The notes: generated by a model not told the origin, from the letters alone. Shown: positions 20,580-32,313, counted from the first letter of the stretch. The stretch: 64,000 nucleotides of DNA from Bacilli bacterium (GCA_028691515.1 JAQUZE010000002.1:88184-152183); one strand, 5' to 3'. A program made the numbers and translations.

Positions 20580-21626
20580 ATGAGCGCAAAGATACACATT
20601 AATTTGGATAAGTTTAAAAAAAATGTTGAATTTTTGACAGATAAATTACATGAAAGTAACATTAATGTCTTTGCTGTTTCAAAAGTATTTTGTGCCGAGA
20701 AACCATTAATTGATATTCTTAATAATTGTGACATTGCTGGCATTGCAGATTCAAGAATTTTAAATTTAAAAAAGATTAAAACAAACAAATCTAAAATGTT
20801 GCTACGTATACCTGCTATATCTGAAGTTTCAGATGTAATTGAATATGCAGATATTTCATTGAATTCTGAAATTGCAGTTATTAGAGAACTTAATGATTTT
20901 GCAAAAAGAAAAAATGTTATTCACAAAATTATATTAATGATTGATTTAGGTGATTTGCGTGAGGGTATATATTTTAATGATTTTGATTATAATATAATTA
21001 ATGAAATACGTAATTTAAAAAATATTAAATTGTTAGGAATTGGAACAAATTTAACATGTTATGGAGCTGTTATTCCAACAAAACAAACTTATGAATTACT
21101 AAATGAAATAAAAAATAATATAGAAAAAATGTATAAAATTAAGTTAGAAGTTATTAGTGGGGGTAATTCTTCCTCAATCTATTTATTAGATGGAAAAATT
21201 CCTGATTTTATTAATCAATTAAGAATTGGTGAGGGGTTTGTATTAGGTAGAGAAACAGCATTTGGAAGAAATATTGAAGGAATGCATGATGATATTTTTA
21301 CTTTAGAAGTTGAAATAATTGAATTAAAGAATAAACCAACAATACCATTTGGTGAAATTGGTGTAGATGCTTTTGGAAGAAAATTGAAATATGTTGATAA
21401 AGGAATAATTAAAAGGGCTATTTTAAATATTGGAAAGCAAGATGTTTCTTGTGAGTATTTAATACCGCCTAAAGGAGTAAATATAATAGGGTCTAGTAGT
21501 GATCACTTAATTGTTGAAATAGTTAGTGGGAAATATGGAATTGGTGACAAAATAGTATTTAAACTAAATTATGGAGGCATTTTAGGATTAATGACATCAT
21601 CTTATGTGGAGAAGGTTTATGAATGA
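20580..21626 (+). CDS. orr: Ornithine racemase (alanine-racemase-N-domain, PLP-dependent)
   Basis: 348 aa TIM-barrel racemase-like protein in orr position of the ornithine cluster. Confidence 0.65.
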   Translation: MSAKIHINLDKFKKNVEFLTDKLHESNINVFAVSKVFCAEKPLIDILNNCDIAGIADSRILNLKKIKTNKSKMLLRIPAISEVSDVIEYADISLNSEIAVIRELNDFAKRKNVIHKIILMIDLGDLREGIYFNDFDYNIINEIRNLKNIKLLGIGTNLTCYGAVIPTKQTYELLNEIKNNIEKMYKIKLEVISGGNSSSIYLLDGKIPDFINQLRIGEGFVLGRETAFGRNIEGMHDDIFTLEVEIIELKNKPTIPFGEIGVDAFGRKLKYVDKGIIKRAILNIGKQDVSCEYLIPPKGVNIIGSSSDHLIVEIVSGKYGIGDKIVFKLNYGGILGLMTSSYVEKVYE

Positions 21627-22701
21627 AATATATAGACAAACATGGGCGGAAATAAATTTAGATAATCTTGCATATAACTATAATAGTATTAAAAATTATC
21701 TTAATAATAAAATTGTGATTCCGATAATTAAAGCTAATGCATATGGACATGGGGATATAAAAGTCATGGAAAGGCTATATAAGGAAGGTGTACGTATTTG
21801 TGGGGTTTCTCTTTTAGAAGAAGCTCTACTTTTAAGAAATATATTTTCAGATATAGTAATTATTATGTTAGGACCAGCTCTTGAAAAGGATTTAAAAATT
21901 TGTTCTAACAATAGAATTGATATAACCATTTATAATGAAGATATATATGAATTAGTATTAAAGTGTGATTTTAATTTGAATTGTCAATTTAAAATAGATA
22001 GTGGTATGTCAAGATATGGAATTAAAGATATTAATAAAGCTGTGAAAATGGTTAATTTATTAATGGAAAAGGATAATATTAATCTTCGTGGTATTTACAC
22101 TCATTTTGCAACTGCTGAGGATAATAAAGAATTTTATAATAAACAAATAGAAGTTATGCAATTAGTTTTATCAAAACTAGATAAGTTACCATCAATGGTA
22201 CACATGTCTAATTCAGCATCTATTTTACAATTTGAAAATGATTATGATTTTACTACACATGTAAGATTAGGAATTTCCTTATATGGTTCTTTACCAGTTT
22301 CTTTTGGCATAAATTTAAAACCTGTTATGAGATTATGTACTAAAATAGTTCAAATAAAAAAATTAAATCCTGGTGACTGTTTGGGATATGGGATAACATA
22401 TTGCCCAAATAAGCCTGTCTATGTTGCTACGCTTCCAATCGGTTATGCTGATGGGATTTGGAAGGCTTATAAAAAGGGGTATGTAGAAATAAATAATAAA
22501 AAATACAAAATAATTGCAACTATTTGTATGGATGTTTGTTTTGTAAAAGTTGATAAATCTATCAAAATCGGAGATGTTGTCACAATTTTTGGAGGGTTAA
22601 TTCCTGTAGAAGTTGTTGGTTCAACTGTAAAAACTAATAGTTATGAGATATTTACATCAGTATCTTACAGAGTTCCTAGAATATATGTAGAGGAGAAATA
22701 A
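21619..22701 (+). CDS. alr: Alanine racemase
   Basis: PLP-lysine motif IIKANAYGHG; start moved to ATG 21619 (GGAGAAGG RBS; 8-nt overlap with orr stop). Confidence 0.85.
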   Translation: MNEIYRQTWAEINLDNLAYNYNSIKNYLNNKIVIPIIKANAYGHGDIKVMERLYKEGVRICGVSLLEEALLLRNIFSDIVIIMLGPALEKDLKICSNNRIDITIYNEDIYELVLKCDFNLNCQFKIDSGMSRYGIKDINKAVKMVNLLMEKDNINLRGIYTHFATAEDNKEFYNKQIEVMQLVLSKLDKLPSMVHMSNSASILQFENDYDFTTHVRLGISLYGSLPVSFGINLKPVMRLCTKIVQIKKLNPGDCLGYGITYCPNKPVYVATLPIGYADGIWKAYKKGYVEINNKKYKIIATICMDVCFVKVDKSIKIGDVVTIFGGLIPVEVVGSTVKTNSYEIFTSVSYRVPRIYVEEK

Positions 22702-22705
22702 ATAT

Positions 22706-23920
22706 ATGATAAAAGTTAATTCTGAGATTGGAAAACTAAAATCAATATTATTACATAGGCCAGGAAAAGAGTTAGAAAACTTGACTCCTGATTTGCTTGA
22801 GAAATTATTATTTGATGATATTCCTTATTTAAAAGTAGCCCAGGAAGAACATGATGTTTTTGCTGAAAAGTTAAGAAAAGAAGGAGTAGAGGTTTTATAT
22901 GTTACTGATATGATATCTGAAGCATTAGAAGCACATCCAGAAATTATTTCTGAATTTATCAATGTTTTTATTGAAGAGTCCAATGTTAAATCTAATTCAA
23001 TTAAATCTAAATTATTTCAATATTTAGTGAATTTGTCTCCAAAAGAAATGATATATAAAATGATTGAGGGAGTAAAAAAACAAGAAATTGTTTTAGGGAA
23101 AAAAGGGTCAATAATTGATATGTTGGAAGATGAATATCCATTTTATACAGACCCAATGCCAAATATTATGTTTCAAAGAGATCCATTTTCTAGTGTTGGT
23201 ACAGGTGTGGCAATTAGTAGTATGCATACTGATGCAAGACAAAGAGAAACAATATTGTCTGAATATATTTTAAAGTATCATCCAAGATTTTATAATGATA
23301 AGCCTAAATTATATTATGAAAGGCTAAGTAAATATTCAATAGAAGGTGGAGATATTCTAATATTAAATAAAAATGTTATTGCTATTGGAATTTCTAGTCG
23401 AACTGATCCAAGAGGAATCGAAAAACTTGCTGAAAAGATTTTTAGTGATGATTCAGAATTTAATACAATTTTAGCTTTTAATATTCCAAAAATTAGAGCT
23501 TTTATGCATCTGGATACTGTTTTTACACAAGTGGATTATGGTATATTTACGATACATCCAGAAATTGAAAAAGTATTAACTGTATTTGAAATTGTCAAAA
23601 CAGGAAAGGGAACTTTCAATATTATAAAAATAGTTGAATCATTAGAAACAGTGTTATCAAAACATTTAAATAGAAAAGTTTCATTAATTCGTTGTGGTGG
23701 TAAAGATATTATTACTAGCATTAGAGAACAGTGGAATGATGGAGCTAATACACTTGCAATTTCACCAGGGAAAGTTATAGTTTATGATCGAAATTATGTA
23801 ACAAATAAATTATTAACTGATGCCGGTGTTGAAGTTTTAGAAATTAAATCAAGTGAATTATCTCGTGGTCGTGGAGGACCACGATGTATGGCAATGCCAT
23901 TACAAAGAGAAGATATTTAA
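22706..23920 (+). CDS. arcA: Arginine deiminase
   Basis: 404 aa, [20 protein letters not shown]... N-terminus, C-terminal catalytic Cys (GGPRCMAMP). Confidence 0.9.
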   Translation: MIKVNSEIGKLKSILLHRPGKELENLTPDLLEKLLFDDIPYLKVAQEEHDVFAEKLRKEGVEVLYVTDMISEALEAHPEIISEFINVFIEESNVKSNSIKSKLFQYLVNLSPKEMIYKMIEGVKKQEIVLGKKGSIIDMLEDEYPFYTDPMPNIMFQRDPFSSVGTGVAISSMHTDARQRETILSEYILKYHPRFYNDKPKLYYERLSKYSIEGGDILILNKNVIAIGISSRTDPRGIEKLAEKIFSDDSEFNTILAFNIPKIRAFMHLDTVFTQVDYGIFTIHPEIEKVLTVFEIVKTGKGTFNIIKIVESLETVLSKHLNRKVSLIRCGGKDIITSIREQWNDGANTLAISPGKVIVYDRNYVTNKLLTDAGVEVLEIKSSELSRGRGGPRCMAMPLQREDI

Positions 23921-23930
23921 AGGAGTATTT

Positions 23931-24941
23931 ATGAATTTAAAAAATAGAAGTTTATTAACTTTACTTGATTATACGCCAAAGGAAATTAAGTATCTAATTT
24001 CATTAGCAAAGAAACTAAAAAAAGAGAAACGTAAAGGAAAGATAAATAAAAGTCTTTTTGGTAAGAATATTGTTATTCTTTTTCAAAAAGATTCTACAAG
24101 AACACGTTGTGCTTTTGAAGTTGCTGCAATGGATTTAGGAATTGGAGTTACATATATTGGACCAACTGGCTCACAAATGGGAAAAAAAGAGTCTGTTAAG
24201 GACACTGCTAGAGTTTTAGGAAGAATGTATGATGGAATTGAATTTAGAGGATATTTACAAAGCGATGTAGAGATATTGGGTAAATATTCTAATGTACCAG
24301 TATGGAATGGTTTAACTGATACTTATCATCCTACACAAATTCTTGCAGATTTATTGACTATAAAAGAAAAATTTAAAAAATTAGAAGGCATTAAATTAGT
24401 ATATTTAGGTGATGCAAGAAATAATATGGGAAATTCTTTAATGATTGGGTGTGCTAAAATGGGAATGCATTTTGTTGGTTGTGCCCCAAAAGGGCTTTGG
24501 CCTTCTCCTGATTTAATAAATACTTGTCAAGATATAGCTAAAGAAACAGGAGCCATTATAGAGTTTATGGATAAACCTTTAGAAGCAACAAAAGATGCCG
24601 ATGTTTTGTATAGTGATGTTTGGGTTTCCATGGGTGAGCCAAAAGAAGTATGGAAAGAGAGAATTCAACTTCTTCATCCATATCAAATTAATAAGAAATT
24701 AATAGGGAATGCTAAAGAAAATGCCATATTTATGCATTGCCTTCCTGCATTTCATGGGATGGATACAGTGCTTGGGAAAGAGATTGCAGCTGAATTTGGA
24801 TCTTTTTATCAAGAAGTAAAAAATGGAGAGATGGAAGTTACAGATGAGGTGCTTGAATCTTCACAAAGTGTTGTTTTTGATGAGGCAGAAAATAGAATGC
24901 ACACAATTAAAGCTGTTATTTTATCAACTATGGGGAAATAA
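23931..24941 (+). CDS. arcB: Ornithine carbamoyltransferase (catabolic)
   Basis: STRTRCAFE carbamoyl-phosphate motif, HCLPAFH; AAGGAG RBS before ATG 23931. Confidence 0.9.
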   Translation: MNLKNRSLLTLLDYTPKEIKYLISLAKKLKKEKRKGKINKSLFGKNIVILFQKDSTRTRCAFEVAAMDLGIGVTYIGPTGSQMGKKESVKDTARVLGRMYDGIEFRGYLQSDVEILGKYSNVPVWNGLTDTYHPTQILADLLTIKEKFKKLEGIKLVYLGDARNNMGNSLMIGCAKMGMHFVGCAPKGLWPSPDLINTCQDIAKETGAIIEFMDKPLEATKDADVLYSDVWVSMGEPKEVWKERIQLLHPYQINKKLIGNAKENAIFMHCLPAFHGMDTVLGKEIAAEFGSFYQEVKNGEMEVTDEVLESSQSVVFDEAENRMHTIKAVILSTMGK

Positions 24942-24942
24942 T

Positions 24943-25860
24943 ATGGGAAGATTTGTTATTTCTCTTGGAGGGAATGCTTTAGGCAATAATGCTGAAGAAC
25001 AACAAAAACTATTAGAAAAAGTTGCAGAGGCTATTGTTCCTTTAATTGAAAAAGGTGAGGATATAGTTATTGTTCACGGAAATGGTCCTCAAGTTGGAAT
25101 GATTAATTCAGCATTTTCCGCTTTAGATGTGTCTAATCAAATGCCTTTTGCTGAATGTGGTGCCATGTCTCAAGGTTATATTGGTTTTCATATTCAAAAA
25201 GCTTTACAAAATATTTTAAAACAAAAGAAAATTGATAGAAATATTGTGACTCTTGTTACTCAAGTATTGGTAGATAAAAATGATCCGGCTTTTTTAACAC
25301 CAACAAAACCAATTGGATCTTTTTATAATAAAGAAGAAGCTGATTTTATTGCAAAAGAAAAAAATTATGTGATGAAAGAAGATTCTGGGAGAGGATATAG
25401 GCGAGTTGTTGCAAGCCCCAAACCTATTGATATCATTGAAAAAGAAAGTATTCTTTCTTTACTTGAGAAACATCATATAGTAATTGCTGCAGGTGGAGGC
25501 GGAATTCCTGTTATTGAGGATAAGGGAGTTTATAGAGGAATTGATGCAGTTATTGATAAGGACTATGCTAGTGCAAAGATGGCTGAGATTATTTTAGCTG
25601 ACGAATTAATTATTTTAACTGCTGTAGATTTTGTTTATATTAACTATAATAGTATAAATCAAGAAAAAATTAATAAAGTAACATTAATTAAATTGAAAAA
25701 ATATATTGAAGAAGGACATTTTAAAGAGGGTTCAATGCTACCTAAAGTTTTAGCTTGTATGGATTTTGTAGAAAAAACAAAACGAACAGCGATTATTGCT
25801 TCTTTGGATAATGCTGCTTTAGCGTTTGAAAAAGAACAAGGAACTAAAATTATATATTAA
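24943..25860 (+). CDS. arcC: Carbamate kinase
   Basis: RFVISLGGNALG and VHGNGPQVG motifs; start at ATG 24943 right after arcB stop. Confidence 0.9.
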   Translation: MGRFVISLGGNALGNNAEEQQKLLEKVAEAIVPLIEKGEDIVIVHGNGPQVGMINSAFSALDVSNQMPFAECGAMSQGYIGFHIQKALQNILKQKKIDRNIVTLVTQVLVDKNDPAFLTPTKPIGSFYNKEEADFIAKEKNYVMKEDSGRGYRRVVASPKPIDIIEKESILSLLEKHHIVIAAGGGGIPVIEDKGVYRGIDAVIDKDYASAKMAEIILADELIILTAVDFVYINYNSINQEKINKVTLIKLKKYIEEGHFKEGSMLPKVLACMDFVEKTKRTAIIASLDNAALAFEKEQGTKIIY

Positions 25861-25890
25861 AAAAAGGAGATTTATAATCTCCTTTTTATT
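25861..25890. terminator. Bidirectional rho-independent terminator between arcC (+) and M42 peptidase (-)
   Basis: ggagatt/aatctcc hairpin flanked by A- and T-tracts. Confidence 0.75.
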
Positions 25891-26899
25891 TAGTAATATA
25901 TTTAATTAATAATTTAATTGTTGCGTCTACACCATCTTTATGAGTTCGTTCCATTCCATGAGATGCAGCAACTCCTGGTCCTACTAATGCACCTTTGATA
26001 TCATTTCCTGCTCTGTAAGCTGCTGACACATCAGAACCATAATATGGATAAACATCAATACCATGATTAAGTTTTTCTTTTTCAGCAATCTGAATTAATT
26101 CGTTTGTAATATTAAAATCATATGGTCCTGAAGAATCTTTAACACAAATTGAAACATCATATTCTGTACAATTTAAGTCCTTTCCTACACAACCCATATC
26201 TACAGCAATTAATTCATCTGTTTCTGGAATATTACTTCCTCCATGTCCTGTTTCTTCATATGTTGAAAATAGAAAATTCAAATTAGAATTAGGTATAATA
26301 TTTTTTTCATTGATATAATCTATAATAGTAAATAATATCGCAACACTAATTTTATCATCTAAAAATCTTGACTTAATAAAGCCGCTGTCAGTAATAGTTG
26401 TTTTGGGGTCAAGAGCAATATAGTCCCCAGTATTAATTCCTAAATCTAAAACTTCTTTTTTGTTTTTTACTACTTCATCTATTCTAATGTGCATATTTTC
26501 TTCATTTCTAGGAGAAGTAGATGCATCTTTATAAACGTGTGATGAAGGAGAGTTTGATAAAAATGTACCACGATATTTTTTACCTTTTCTAGTAATGATT
26601 GTGCAATATTCTCCGTCATATGTTGCTAATTGCGGACCGCCTAAAACACTAAAAATTAATGTTCCATCAGATTTAATACTTCTTACCATTGCTCCTAAAG
26701 TATCTATGTGAGCCGTGAAAGTAATTGTGTGATCCGTTTTTCCTTTCAGAGGAACAATTATATTTCCTTTTTTATTTTTATGATAAGCTAGTTTCCTTTT
26801 TTTTAATTCATTTTCTATAAAACTAGCTATTTCGATACTGTATCCAGTAGGACTAGGTATTTCTAAAATTTTTTTAGCAAATTCTAATGTATTATTCAT
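25886..26899 (-). CDS. M42 family metallo-aminopeptidase (FrvX/glutamyl aminopeptidase-like)
   Basis: 337 aa; MNNTLEFAKKILEIPSPTGYS N-terminus and HIDTLGAM metal motif typical of M42. Confidence 0.8.
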   Translation of the reverse strand: MNNTLEFAKKILEIPSPTGYSIEIASFIENELKKRKLAYHKNKKGNIIVPLKGKTDHTITFTAHIDTLGAMVRSIKSDGTLIFSVLGGPQLATYDGEYCTIITRKGKKYRGTFLSNSPSSHVYKDASTSPRNEENMHIRIDEVVKNKKEVLDLGINTGDYIALDPKTTITDSGFIKSRFLDDKISVAILFTIIDYINEKNIIPNSNLNFLFSTYEETGHGGSNIPETDELIAVDMGCVGKDLNCTEYDVSICVKDSSGPYDFNITNELIQIAEKEKLNHGIDVYPYYGSDVSAAYRAGNDIKGALVGPGVAASHGMERTHKDGVDATIKLLIKYITK

Positions 26900-27755
26900 T
26901 TGTTTTCTCCTTTAAATATTTTAATATTTCTTGCAATTCTTGTTTTGAAAAGACATATTTTTTATTGCAATAATTACATACTGTTTCTGCAGTTTCATCT
27001 TCGATAATCATTTCTTCAATTTCTTTTGCTCCTAAAGAAATAATTCCTTTTTTAAAGTGATTTTTATTACAGCTACATTTAAAAATAGGTTTTATTTCTT
27101 CCAGTGTTTTATAATCTGGAAAAAGATGTTTTAATATTTCATGAGGATTTTGTATTGAAGAAAATAGATTGCTAATATTATATATTTCTTCAAGTTTAGA
27201 TTTAAGGAAAGTAATTACATTTTCAGAATAATTTGGCATTAGCTGAATCATTATTCCTCCGGGATTATCTAAATTAGAGAGACCAATAAAAGTCACAATT
27301 TGTTCACTGTTGATATAGTAGTCCATAAAATTATCTTGTATTAAGGGATATTGTAAAGGAATCGTAGAACTATAAAGATTTTTAAGATCTAAATCTTTAA
27401 TGATATCAATAATCCCATTATTTCCCAATGTTTTAAATTCATTAATTTCATCGTTTTGTAAAATAACAGAAGGATTATCTACATAACCTCTAACAATTCC
27501 AAAACTATTAGTATCAACAACAACATTTCCAATAGGTCCTTTTCCATTTAATTTAATAGTTAATCCTTGGTCCCCTTTTAAAGTCCCTCCCATTAGTATT
27601 GCCATAGATAATACTTTTGATAAAACCAGTCCAGAATTAGATGACAGTTTATGAAGTTTATCTGCCTTTTTATATACTAATCTTGTTTTTGTTATATATA
27701 CTCTTATTTGATTGTCTAAAGCTAAAGCTTTAATTAAAATATCCATCTTATTCAC
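26892..27755 (-). CDS. hslO: 33 kDa redox-regulated chaperonin Hsp33
   Basis: C-terminal zinc centre CSCN...CNYCNKKY (CxC plus CxxC); 287 aa. Confidence 0.85.
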   Translation of the reverse strand: MNKMDILIKALALDNQIRVYITKTRLVYKKADKLHKLSSNSGLVLSKVLSMAILMGGTLKGDQGLTIKLNGKGPIGNVVVDTNSFGIVRGYVDNPSVILQNDEINEFKTLGNNGIIDIIKDLDLKNLYSSTIPLQYPLIQDNFMDYYINSEQIVTFIGLSNLDNPGGIMIQLMPNYSENVITFLKSKLEEIYNISNLFSSIQNPHEILKHLFPDYKTLEEIKPIFKCSCNKNHFKKGIISLGAKEIEEMIIEDETAETVCNYCNKKYVFSKQELQEILKYLKEKTNE

Positions 27756-27855
27756 CTTTCATAATTATAACATAATTTAGGAAGTTTAGTAATATAAAAC
27801 ATTTCTAAAATTGTTAAATTTATGTTATACTATTAATATATTTAAAGGAGATATT

Positions 27856-28461
27856 ATGGATAGAATAATAGTAAAAGGTAAATTTGACAAAAAAATAAAT
27901 AAAAAATATTATAGATTCCATGCATTTCATAAATCTATATCAATTTATATGGTTATTTTATTAGGTATTGCGGTTTTATATATGGCCATATCTACAACAG
28001 TAAGAGCTAATGAAGAAATATCAAGTACAACAATTATATTTACGTGGGTTTTAGCTTCGTTTACTTTTTTGTTTGCTCCTGTATTAATGCTTATGGGAAT
28101 TAATAGAAATGTTTCAAAAGAATCAAAAATTAGAGAAGATTCTGTAGAAACTGTTATAATAACTAAGGCAAAAATCGAAAGAAAAATAGAAGGCAAAGAG
28201 GGTAGTTTGGTATTTGGATGGACAACAATTGATGCAGCCTATGAAATGGAAGATATGTTTTTATTATATGTTAATAAAGATGCGGCTATTGTTTTAGGTA
28301 AGGAGTACTTTATTGAAGGAGATAACGAAACTCTAAGAAAAATGATTAATTATTGTATGGTTCCTGGAAAAAAAGGGAAAATAAAATTTAAATCATATTT
28401 GAAAAAAAACAAAAAGAAGCATAAAGAAATAACTAATAATATGGAGAAATTAAATGATTAA
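27856..28461 (+). CDS. YcxB-like membrane protein (two TM helices plus bacterial PH-like domain)
   Basis: Architecture and conserved WT/W..I...E motif shared with ORFs 38099 and 38945; AAGGAG RBS before ATG 27856. Confidence 0.6.
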   Translation: MDRIIVKGKFDKKINKKYYRFHAFHKSISIYMVILLGIAVLYMAISTTVRANEEISSTTIIFTWVLASFTFLFAPVLMLMGINRNVSKESKIREDSVETVIITKAKIERKIEGKEGSLVFGWTTIDAAYEMEDMFLLYVNKDAAIVLGKEYFIEGDNETLRKMINYCMVPGKKGKIKFKSYLKKNKKKHKEITNNMEKLND

Positions 28462-28990
28462 TTCGCGTGAATATGAAGCCTATATGAAGGAAAATAATGA
28501 TTTTCTTCAAGCTTTTCAAAATATAAATTCACTTACTTATATTAGGTTATCTAATTTAATAAAATTATTAAATATTATTGTTGATATGGACAAAAGAAAA
28601 AAGAATATAAGTGATGAATTAGAAATTATTTTTGATTCTGGATTTACTTTTTTATCTGATCAAATTGAAGATATAAAAATATATTTTAATAATTTTTTTG
28701 ATGAAGATTTTGATTTACTATTTAAATATGAACATTTAATTAATGTTTATTTAACATATGAAGATTTAATGGTTTCTATTAAGGAACAAAGTGTATTAGA
28801 TGCGGATACAAAAAAAACAATTGAACATATATTATTTGAAATAGAAGATGTGTTAAAGTATAGAAAAGAATTTGTAAATGAAAAATATCAAGAATTTGAT
28901 GAAGTAATTCAAGATATTTCCAATAGATTTCCCAATGTAAAAATAACTTTAGAAATTTTTGAGGAAATATATGATCAATTAGCAAATTAA
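28454..28990 (+). CDS. Hypothetical acidic protein, translationally coupled to YcxB-like gene
   Basis: 178 aa, Asp/Glu-rich, no recognisable motifs; ATGATTAA overlap with upstream stop. Confidence 0.5.
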   Translation: MINSREYEAYMKENNDFLQAFQNINSLTYIRLSNLIKLLNIIVDMDKRKKNISDELEIIFDSGFTFLSDQIEDIKIYFNNFFDEDFDLLFKYEHLINVYLTYEDLMVSIKEQSVLDADTKKTIEHILFEIEDVLKYRKEFVNEKYQEFDEVIQDISNRFPNVKITLEIFEEIYDQLAN

Positions 28991-29016
28991 AAGACGCAAA
29001 ATTGCGTCTTTTTTTA
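28991..29016. terminator. Bidirectional rho-independent terminator (between 28454 ORF and lysS)
   Basis: agacgcaa/ttgcgtct hairpin, flanking A and T tracts. Confidence 0.8.
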
Positions 29017-29027
29017 CTTTAATTATA

Positions 29028-30524
<1,497 letters not shown>

Positions 30525-30639
30525 TCATTTATTTTAATTAATAATTGTATTAATGTATTATAACATATTTTTGATAATTATCAATTGATTTTGTTTTGAG
30601 ATAAGCAATAAACATGTTATAATTTATAAGAGGTATTTT

Positions 30640-31161
30640 ATGGTATTTGTATATTGTTCAGTGGGAATAGTTGTAATATATATTGTGTTTATGTATTTAA
30701 TTAAACCTGCAATTATTAATAAAAAAATAATTAGTAATATTTCTCTTCTTAAAGAAGATTATGAATTTTCTTTTTGGAGATCTGATAATATAAATTATGA
30801 TTATATAATAAAAACTAATACAAATAAATTGCTAATAAAAGTTTTACTAGTTCCTTCTAATTCTTCAATTACTGTTAATTCTAGAAATACTTGGAATTTA
30901 TCTTGGGGAGGAATAAGAAAAAATAAAGGAAGACATAAGAGAAATAATAAAATTCTTGAAAGAATGATAAGTTTTCTTAATATGAAAGTAAAGGAAGAAG
31001 ATATAAAAGTAATTTATATATATAAAACCACCGAAAAAATTCAAAAACATTTGAATGAATCTGAAATAGAAATATTTGGATATGGGGAATGGTGTTATGA
31101 TTACAAAATAACTTCGCATAAAACTCTGATTAAAGATTTTTTTAAACTTAAGGAGAATTAA
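30640..31161 (+). CDS. Hypothetical protein with N-terminal TM anchor
   Basis: AGAGG RBS; one N-terminal TM helix; basic RKNKGRHKRNNK stretch; no confident family assignment. Confidence 0.5.
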   Translation: MVFVYCSVGIVVIYIVFMYLIKPAIINKKIISNISLLKEDYEFSFWRSDNINYDYIIKTNTNKLLIKVLLVPSNSSITVNSRNTWNLSWGGIRKNKGRHKRNNKILERMISFLNMKVKEEDIKVIYIYKTTEKIQKHLNESEIEIFGYGEWCYDYKITSHKTLIKDFFKLKEN

Positions 31162-31164
31162 AAT

Positions 31165-32100
31165 ATGAAAAAAATGATATTTGTTTTATTGACGATATTT
31201 TCCATGCTGTTGATATCTGGTTGTAGTCGTTCAACAAAGGCTGAAATATATGCCACAGTTTATCCTGTGGAATTTATAGTTAAGGAAATTGCTAAAGAAG
31301 AGTTTACGGTTGCAAATGTTTATCCTAGAGGTTCAAATGTTCATGATTATGAATTATCTATCAAAACAATTGCTAATATGACTGAAGCTAAGGCTATATT
31401 TTATATTGGTCTAAATTTAGAACCAGCTATTTGTAATGGAGTTAATTCTACTTTTAAAAATGTAAATACCGTTGCTTTAACCGAAGGCATGGCGGGATTA
31501 ATTTCTGGAAGTGATCATGACCATTCAAGTGAGGCACATGCTGAAGATGAAAATGTGATTAAGTATTATGATCCTCATGTTTGGACTGATCCTCTTAAGA
31601 TGATTCATATGACTAACCTTGTTAGAGATGAATTAATAAATTTAAAGCCAGAAAAAGAGGCATTTTTTAGAGAAAACGCATCAGCATTAATGATTAAATT
31701 ATCGGATTTAGATTTTAAGCTTAATAGCACAATTAATGATGATAATGTATTATATAAAGTAATTATGGTAGATCACAATGCATATAATTATTGGAGTAGA
31801 TACGGACTTGAAATATTAAAAACTAGACAAACAAATGACACAACGGAAGTATCTCCTGCCGAGTTTCAAGCAATAGTGCAGTTAGCCAAAGAACATAATT
31901 TAAAATATATTATTACAACTAAAAATGAAGCTGGAAATGAAGAATTAATTAATAAAATTGTTCAAGAAATACAAGGTGAAAAAATAGATATGCATAATCT
32001 TTCAACAATCACCATATTAGAATATGAATCAAAAGAAAATTATTTTACAATTATGGAGAACAATATTAAAGTACTTGAAAAAGTTTTGCCAAGAAACTAG
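31165..32100 (+). CDS. znuA: Metal (Zn/Mn) ABC-transporter substrate-binding lipoprotein, cluster 9 (ZnuA/TroA-like)
   Basis: Lipobox LISGCS; His/acidic loop SDHDHSSEAHAEDE typical of ZnuA; conserved HDYELS and DPH motifs. Confidence 0.8.
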   Translation: MKKMIFVLLTIFSMLLISGCSRSTKAEIYATVYPVEFIVKEIAKEEFTVANVYPRGSNVHDYELSIKTIANMTEAKAIFYIGLNLEPAICNGVNSTFKNVNTVALTEGMAGLISGSDHDHSSEAHAEDENVIKYYDPHVWTDPLKMIHMTNLVRDELINLKPEKEAFFRENASALMIKLSDLDFKLNSTINDDNVLYKVIMVDHNAYNYWSRYGLEILKTRQTNDTTEVSPAEFQAIVQLAKEHNLKYIITTKNEAGNEELINKIVQEIQGEKIDMHNLSTITILEYESKENYFTIMENNIKVLEKVLPRN

Positions 32101-32103
32101 AAG

Positions 32104-32131
32104 TAATCGTCATTTATGACGATTTTTCTTT
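32104..32131 (+). terminator. Rho-independent terminator after znuA-like gene
   Basis: aatcgtcat/atgacgatt hairpin plus T-tract. Confidence 0.8.
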
Positions 32132-32211
32132 TACATTTTAAAGTTAAAAAGACTTGCCTTTTAGACTTGAATATAGTATAATAACATAGCATTTAGGAAA
32201 GATGCTGATAT

Positions 32212-32296
32212 GGTGGGGTAGCGAAGAGGCTAAACGCGGTGGACTGTAAATCCACTCTCTCAGAGTTCGGCAGTTCGAATCTGTCCCCCACCACCA
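32212..32296 (+). tRNA. tRNA-Tyr (anticodon GTA), long variable arm, encoded CCA
   Basis: Acceptor stem GGTGGGG/CCCCACC, anticodon loop CTGTAAA, TTCGAAT T-loop, long extra arm (tctctcagagttcggc), terminal CCA. Confidence 0.9.
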
Positions 32297-32313
32297 TTTG
32301 ATTTAATTAATGT

